Shown here: positions 60,070-64,000 of the stretch, piece after piece | How the letters are laid out: each line of letters starts with the position of its first letter | Numbering within the stretch: the first letter of the stretch is position 1 | DNA from: Spirochaetota bacterium | GTDB lineage: Bacteria; Spirochaetota; UBA4802; UBA5368 | Length of the DNA: 64,000 nt | Direction of reading: 5' to 3' | Assembly: GCA_025457965.1 (NCBI GenBank) | Contig: JALOTJ010000001.1 | Span: forward strand, 1,271 to 65,270 | Translations under genes and position numbers: made by a program | The notes under the pieces: model-generated | The model's database searches: none | What the model was told of the DNA's origin: nothing | What the model saw: only the letters and a program-made list of their open reading frames with translations

Positions 60070-61136
60070 TACATCCCCCCGTATTTATAGTATGCCGAAC
60101 ACGGTCCCTCGGACGACACCATGCAGGGCCCCACGGCATTCTCCGGCGTACACGCCGTACCGAAGAGGCCGCACCCGGTGGGAATGATGAGTCCGCGCAG
60201 CAGGTCGCCGCAGCGGCAGCCGGGGTGCTGGCGCGGCGCCGGCGGATCGACGGGAAAGCGCCGCGCGGCATCGAAGCCCGCATAACCGTCGCGAAGCGCG
60301 AGCCCGCTACCGGGAATGACGCCGATCCCGCGCCAGTGCGCTTCGCACTCCTCGAAAACGTCGTACATGATCTCCCTGGCCTTCGGGTTCCCGCCGTCGC
60401 GGACCACGCGCGCGTACCCGTTTTCGACGACGTTCCGTTGCTCCCCGATCATACGCACCAGATTAATCGTGGACGTGATGAGGTCGTACGACTCGAAGCC
60501 CGCCACCACGCATGGCTTGTGGTACGACTCGGCCACGAAGCGCCACGGCTCCACGCCGATGATCGCGCTCACATGCCCCGGAAGGATGAATCCGTCGATG
60601 CGCGTTTCACCGGCGTCGAGCAGGGCCTTCACGGCGGGAGGGGTGAGCTTGTTACCGCACAGGATGGAAAAGTTCAAAATGTTCCGCTCGCGCGCCCGCC
60701 GCACCGCCACGGCCTCGGTCGGGGCCGTGGTCTCGAAGCCCACGCTGAGAAACATCACCTGAACGTCCTGATTCACGGCGGCGAACTCCAGAGCATCAAG
60801 CGGAGAATACACCACCTCGAGCCTCATCCCGGTCGATTTCTCACGCGCCAGCGAGCTGTACGAGGACGGCACCTTGACCATGTCTCCGAAAGTGGCCACG
60901 GTTACGCCATGGACGCGCGCGATCTCGATCGCCCGGTCCAGGTAATCGTTCGGTGTTACGCAAACCGGGCAGCCGGGGCCGTCAATAAGCGAGAGTCCCT
61001 CCGGAAAAACATCACGCACCCCTGAGCGGAAAAATTCGGTGGTATGGGTGCCGCAGACCTCCATAATCCTGAGGTCGCGCTCGAGGCGAAGGGACCGAAG
61101 CCCGTCCGCCATCTCCCTGATCCTATCGCTTTTCAT
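60069..61136 (-). CDS. hypD: Hydrogenase maturation protein HypD
   Basis: CGTHT, GPGCPVC and FxPGHVS motifs. ATG at 61136 (MKSDRIREM) preferred over the longer track ORF that runs to 61301. Confidence 0.9.
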   Translation of the reverse strand: MKSDRIREMADGLRSLRLERDLRIMEVCGTHTTEFFRSGVRDVFPEGLSLIDGPGCPVCVTPNDYLDRAIEIARVHGVTVATFGDMVKVPSSYSSLAREKSTGMRLEVVYSPLDALEFAAVNQDVQVMFLSVGFETTAPTEAVAVRRARERNILNFSILCGNKLTPPAVKALLDAGETRIDGFILPGHVSAIIGVEPWRFVAESYHKPCVVAGFESYDLITSTINLVRMIGEQRNVVENGYARVVRDGGNPKAREIMYDVFEECEAHWRGIGVIPGSGLALRDGYAGFDAARRFPVDPPAPRQHPGCRCGDLLRGLIIPTGCGLFGTACTPENAVGPCMVSSEGPCSAYYKYGGM

Positions 61137-63411
61137 GTTGTATGATTTCCCTGGCCACCGCAATCTGGCCGAGCGCCAGGCAGCCGTCGTTGAAGGGTAT
61201 TTTTTCCGGAAGGTGGATGTCAAACCGTTTTTCCCGCAGGCCGTCGATGATGAGCCGAAGCAAAAGCCGGTTCTGAAACGCACCGCCGGAAAGCACGACA
61301 TCGTTAAGGCCGTCTTTACCGCGTATGTTCTCCGCCATCGCGACGGCGATCCCGGCGATCGCCGCGTGAAACGCGCACGCCGTTTCCTCGACGCTTCTGC
61401 CGGAAAGGCGGAGCGTAACGACGCGCTCCACCAGCGACTCCGTCGAAATCACCGCCGGGAAGCCTGCCGAAACCGGGATCACCCAGCCGTCATCAATCCA
61501 GGTTTCCGCACCGCGGAGCGCCGCCTCCTCGAGCAGCATCGCCGCCTCGGCCTCGGCGCTCACCGATTTCGCTATCCCGAGTATGGCCGCCACGCCGTCG
61601 AAAATCCTTCCGATGCTGCAGGTCTCGGGGCAGTTGATTTTCTTTTCGATCACTTCGCACACCATCACCGCCTCTTTGCCGCGGCGCATGATTGGATAAT
61701 CGTCACCGTAGCGCGCGCGCAGAAGGGCGATACCTATTTTCCACACGTCGCGGATGGCGCTCTCCCCGCCGGGAAGCGGGAAGTACGAGAAATGCGCCAG
61801 CCGCTCGAACTCCGTCCGGTCAGCGACCAGAAACTCGGCCCCCCACAGCCGCCCATCGGTGCCGTAACCGGTGCCGTCAAACGCTATACCGATGACACGA
61901 CCCGCCAGGTTCCGTTCTTCCATGACCGAGACTATATGCGCGTGATGATGCTGTACGGCGATCCTGTGCATCCCCAGGGCTTCAAGCTCTCCGGCTATCG
62001 CCGAGGTGAAATACCCCGGGTGCCGGTCGCACGCGACCGTCCGCGGCTCGAACCGGTAGATCTCCCCGAATCGACGCATCTCAGCACGGTAGAGAGCGTT
62101 CGCCGACGGCGACTCGAGGTCGCCTATGAACTGCGACATGACCGCCGACCGTCCGCGCGCGAATGCGAAGCTGCTCTTTAAATCACCCCCGGTGGCGAAA
62201 ACCTCCGGACCGTCCGCCGCTAGAAGCAGGGGTACGGGCACGTAGCCGCGCGAGCGCCGCGCGAAGAAGGGCATTCCTTTCTCCACGAAAAGGACGCTGT
62301 CATCGCTGAACTGCTCGATGTCCCTGTTATAGGTTATGAAAACATCCGCGATATTTCCAAGCTCTTCAAACGCCTGCCGGTCGCGGTAAATGATCGGCTC
62401 GTCCGCGACATTCCCGCTGGTCATGACAAGAACCAGATACCGGTCGACTCCGAAGAGCATATGCTGAAACGGCGTGTAGGGAAGCATGAGGCCGATGTAA
62501 CTCAGGCCCGGGGCCACATGCCGGCTCACCAGTGACGCCTTCTCTTTCATGAGGAGGATCGGCCGCTCGTGCGAAAGGAGAAGCCTTTCTTCGATATTTC
62601 CAATTTCCAGGAACGATTCAGCCCTTTCGACGCTTCCCGCCATGATCGCGAACGGCTTGAAGGGCCGCCCCTTGCGTCGCCGCAGTTCAATGACCGCCGA
62701 GTCGCTTTCCGCGTCGCAGGCGAGCAGAAAGCCGCCGACGCTTTTAATGGCGATGATGCGTCCCTCCCGCGCGTACTCAACGGTCATCCGCGCTATTTCC
62801 ATCGGGTCCGCCGAAAGCATCGTACCGCGGGCGTCATGAAGCTCGAGGCGGGGACCGCATGCCGGGCAGGCGTTCGGCTGGGTGTGAAAGCGCCGGTCGA
62901 GCGGATCACCGTACTCGCGGCCACAGATGTGGCACATGGTGAACAACTTCATCGAGGTGTTTTCCCTGTCGTAGGGAATGTCGCGCACGATGCTGAAGCG
63001 CGGGCCGCAGTTGGTGCAGGTGATGAAAGGATAACCGTAGCGCCTGTCGGCCGGATCCTTAAGCTCGGCGAGGCATTCAGCGCAGAGCGCGCTGTCCGGG
63101 GGTATGATGGCCGAGCGCTCATCGAGCTCTTCGCTTTTTTCAATATAAAAGCCATCATAATCGGCCGGCAGTTCATCTTCGATGCTTATCGAATCAACGC
63201 GTGACAGCGGCGGAGGGGCGCCACGTATCTCCTCGACGAAGGAGTCGAGGCTTGCCGTATCCCCCTGCGCGTGCACCAGTACGCCGCGGGTGTCGTTACG
63301 TACCGATCCCGTTATGCCGTATTTGAGCGCGACACGATAAACAAAGGGACGGAATCCGACCCCCTGAACGATGCCGGTGATGCGCAGGCGTATGTTCTGT
63401 CCGTTCTTCAT
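61123..63411 (-). CDS. hypF: Carbamoyltransferase HypF
   Basis: Acylphosphatase domain (IQGVGFRPFVYRVALKYGITGSVRN), two CxxC Zn fingers, YrdC and Kae1-like domains. The first ATG is at 63411; the track ORF starts with TTG at 63438. Confidence 0.9.
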   Translation of the reverse strand: MKNGQNIRLRITGIVQGVGFRPFVYRVALKYGITGSVRNDTRGVLVHAQGDTASLDSFVEEIRGAPPPLSRVDSISIEDELPADYDGFYIEKSEELDERSAIIPPDSALCAECLAELKDPADRRYGYPFITCTNCGPRFSIVRDIPYDRENTSMKLFTMCHICGREYGDPLDRRFHTQPNACPACGPRLELHDARGTMLSADPMEIARMTVEYAREGRIIAIKSVGGFLLACDAESDSAVIELRRRKGRPFKPFAIMAGSVERAESFLEIGNIEERLLLSHERPILLMKEKASLVSRHVAPGLSYIGLMLPYTPFQHMLFGVDRYLVLVMTSGNVADEPIIYRDRQAFEELGNIADVFITYNRDIEQFSDDSVLFVEKGMPFFARRSRGYVPVPLLLAADGPEVFATGGDLKSSFAFARGRSAVMSQFIGDLESPSANALYRAEMRRFGEIYRFEPRTVACDRHPGYFTSAIAGELEALGMHRIAVQHHHAHIVSVMEERNLAGRVIGIAFDGTGYGTDGRLWGAEFLVADRTEFERLAHFSYFPLPGGESAIRDVWKIGIALLRARYGDDYPIMRRGKEAVMVCEVIEKKINCPETCSIGRIFDGVAAILGIAKSVSAEAEAAMLLEEAALRGAETWIDDGWVIPVSAGFPAVISTESLVERVVTLRLSGRSVEETACAFHAAIAGIAVAMAENIRGKDGLNDVVLSGGAFQNRLLLRLIIDGLREKRFDIHLPEKIPFNDGCLALGQIAVAREIIQHEKR

Positions 63412-63677
63412 ATCAAAGTTACTTTGACATGAATACAATAGACCCGATGAGTCAATTATATTCCGTCATCTTCGCATTTCCATATATTTGACTTGTTTCA
63501 AAACTCGAGGATGATCGTTTCCCCGTTATGAAACAAGGTTATTGTGATTATTGGTTCCAAGGGGGGCAACCGGAAACCCGTATATATAGAGACTCCGGTC
63601 AATGCTTACAATACCACATCTTTAATCGCACTCAGCGGTCCATTAAACAATTTTATTATTGCGTTCGGGTGAACCTC

Positions 63678-63694
63678 CGGTACCATTGCTGCAC
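63678..63694 (+). promoter_or_regulatory. Weak sigma54-like -24/-12 element (cGGtAC-N5-cTGCA) about 50 nt upstream of hypB
   Basis: GG at 63679-80 and GC at 63691-92 have the correct 10-nt spacing. Matches 9/12 of TGGCAC-N5-TTGCA. Confidence 0.2.
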
Positions 63695-63741
63695 CGGTTG
63701 AAGGGAATGACCAGAAATCACATGCCGTATATGAGGCCACC

Positions 63742-64000
63742 ATGGAGATCAAGGTTCTTAAAGACATCCTCGCGTCGAACGAAAGCCGGGCGGAGGAGAT
63801 ACGCACACTCCTGAAAGAGAAAAAAATCTACATGATCGACCTCATGAGCTCACCGGGCTCTGGTAAGACCGCACTGCTCGACCGGATCATCGGCTCGCTT
63901 AAAAACCGCTACCGAATCGCCGTAATCGAGGGCGACATCAAGACCACCAGGGACGCGGAGCGACTTGCCGGGCACGACGTTCCGATCATACAGATTGAGA
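63742..64000 (+). CDS. hypB: Hydrogenase nickel-incorporation GTPase HypB (N-terminal part; continues beyond the right edge)
   Basis: IDLMSSPGSGKTALL is the P-loop of HypB. RBS GAGG before the ATG at 63742. Confidence 0.85.
   Translation, partial: MEIKVLKDILASNESRAEEIRTLLKEKKIYMIDLMSSPGSGKTALLDRIIGSLKNRYRIAVIEGDIKTTRDAERLAGHDVPIIQIE

Overview
This window is a 64 kb high-GC bacterial chromosomal segment (over 60% GC) that is almost entirely protein-coding on both strands. Gene content suggests an anaerobe: a heterodisulfide-reductase-like membrane Fe-S oxidoreductase, an H+-pyrophosphatase, HypBCDEF hydrogenase maturation genes, a two-subunit class I fumarase and a Tat-exported nitroreductase.

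The dominant feature is a roughly 20 kb co-directional minus-strand acyl-CoA catabolic cluster (about 4.0 to 24.1 kb). It carries two acyl-CoA synthetases, three acyl-CoA dehydrogenases (one of them a clear pseudogene), a FadB-like bifunctional hydratase/dehydrogenase, a MaoC hydratase, an SDR, two SCP-x-type thiolases, a free DUF35 protein and an archaeal-type HMG-CoA-synthase-like protein fused to DUF35. An AbfD/HpaB-family enzyme and a CrtI-like flavoprotein sit among them. A TetR regulator and a multi-TM chemoreceptor close the cluster.

Other content:
- ftsK, RNase J and dut, followed by a tRNA-Val.
- c-di-GMP genes: an EAL protein, a GGDEF protein and a small MshEN/GspE-N-like ORF.
- galK, nadC and uvrB.
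- A SAM-I riboswitch controlling metX-metW, which is translationally coupled to uvrB-nadC.
- An orphan Phd/YefM antitoxin followed by a truncated VapC PIN toxin remnant.
- A regulator with a P-loop-less KaiC/RecA-like domain fused to an XRE HTH and a cupin domain.
- An AT-rich 420 bp island with a perfect 11 bp palindrome, three helically phased DnaA-box-like motifs and a near-consensus sigma70 promoter that would give a leaderless transcript of a tocopherol-cyclase-like gene.

No CRISPR array, rRNA or obvious mobile element was seen. All calls come from reading the six-frame translations and the DNA directly. No database search was run.
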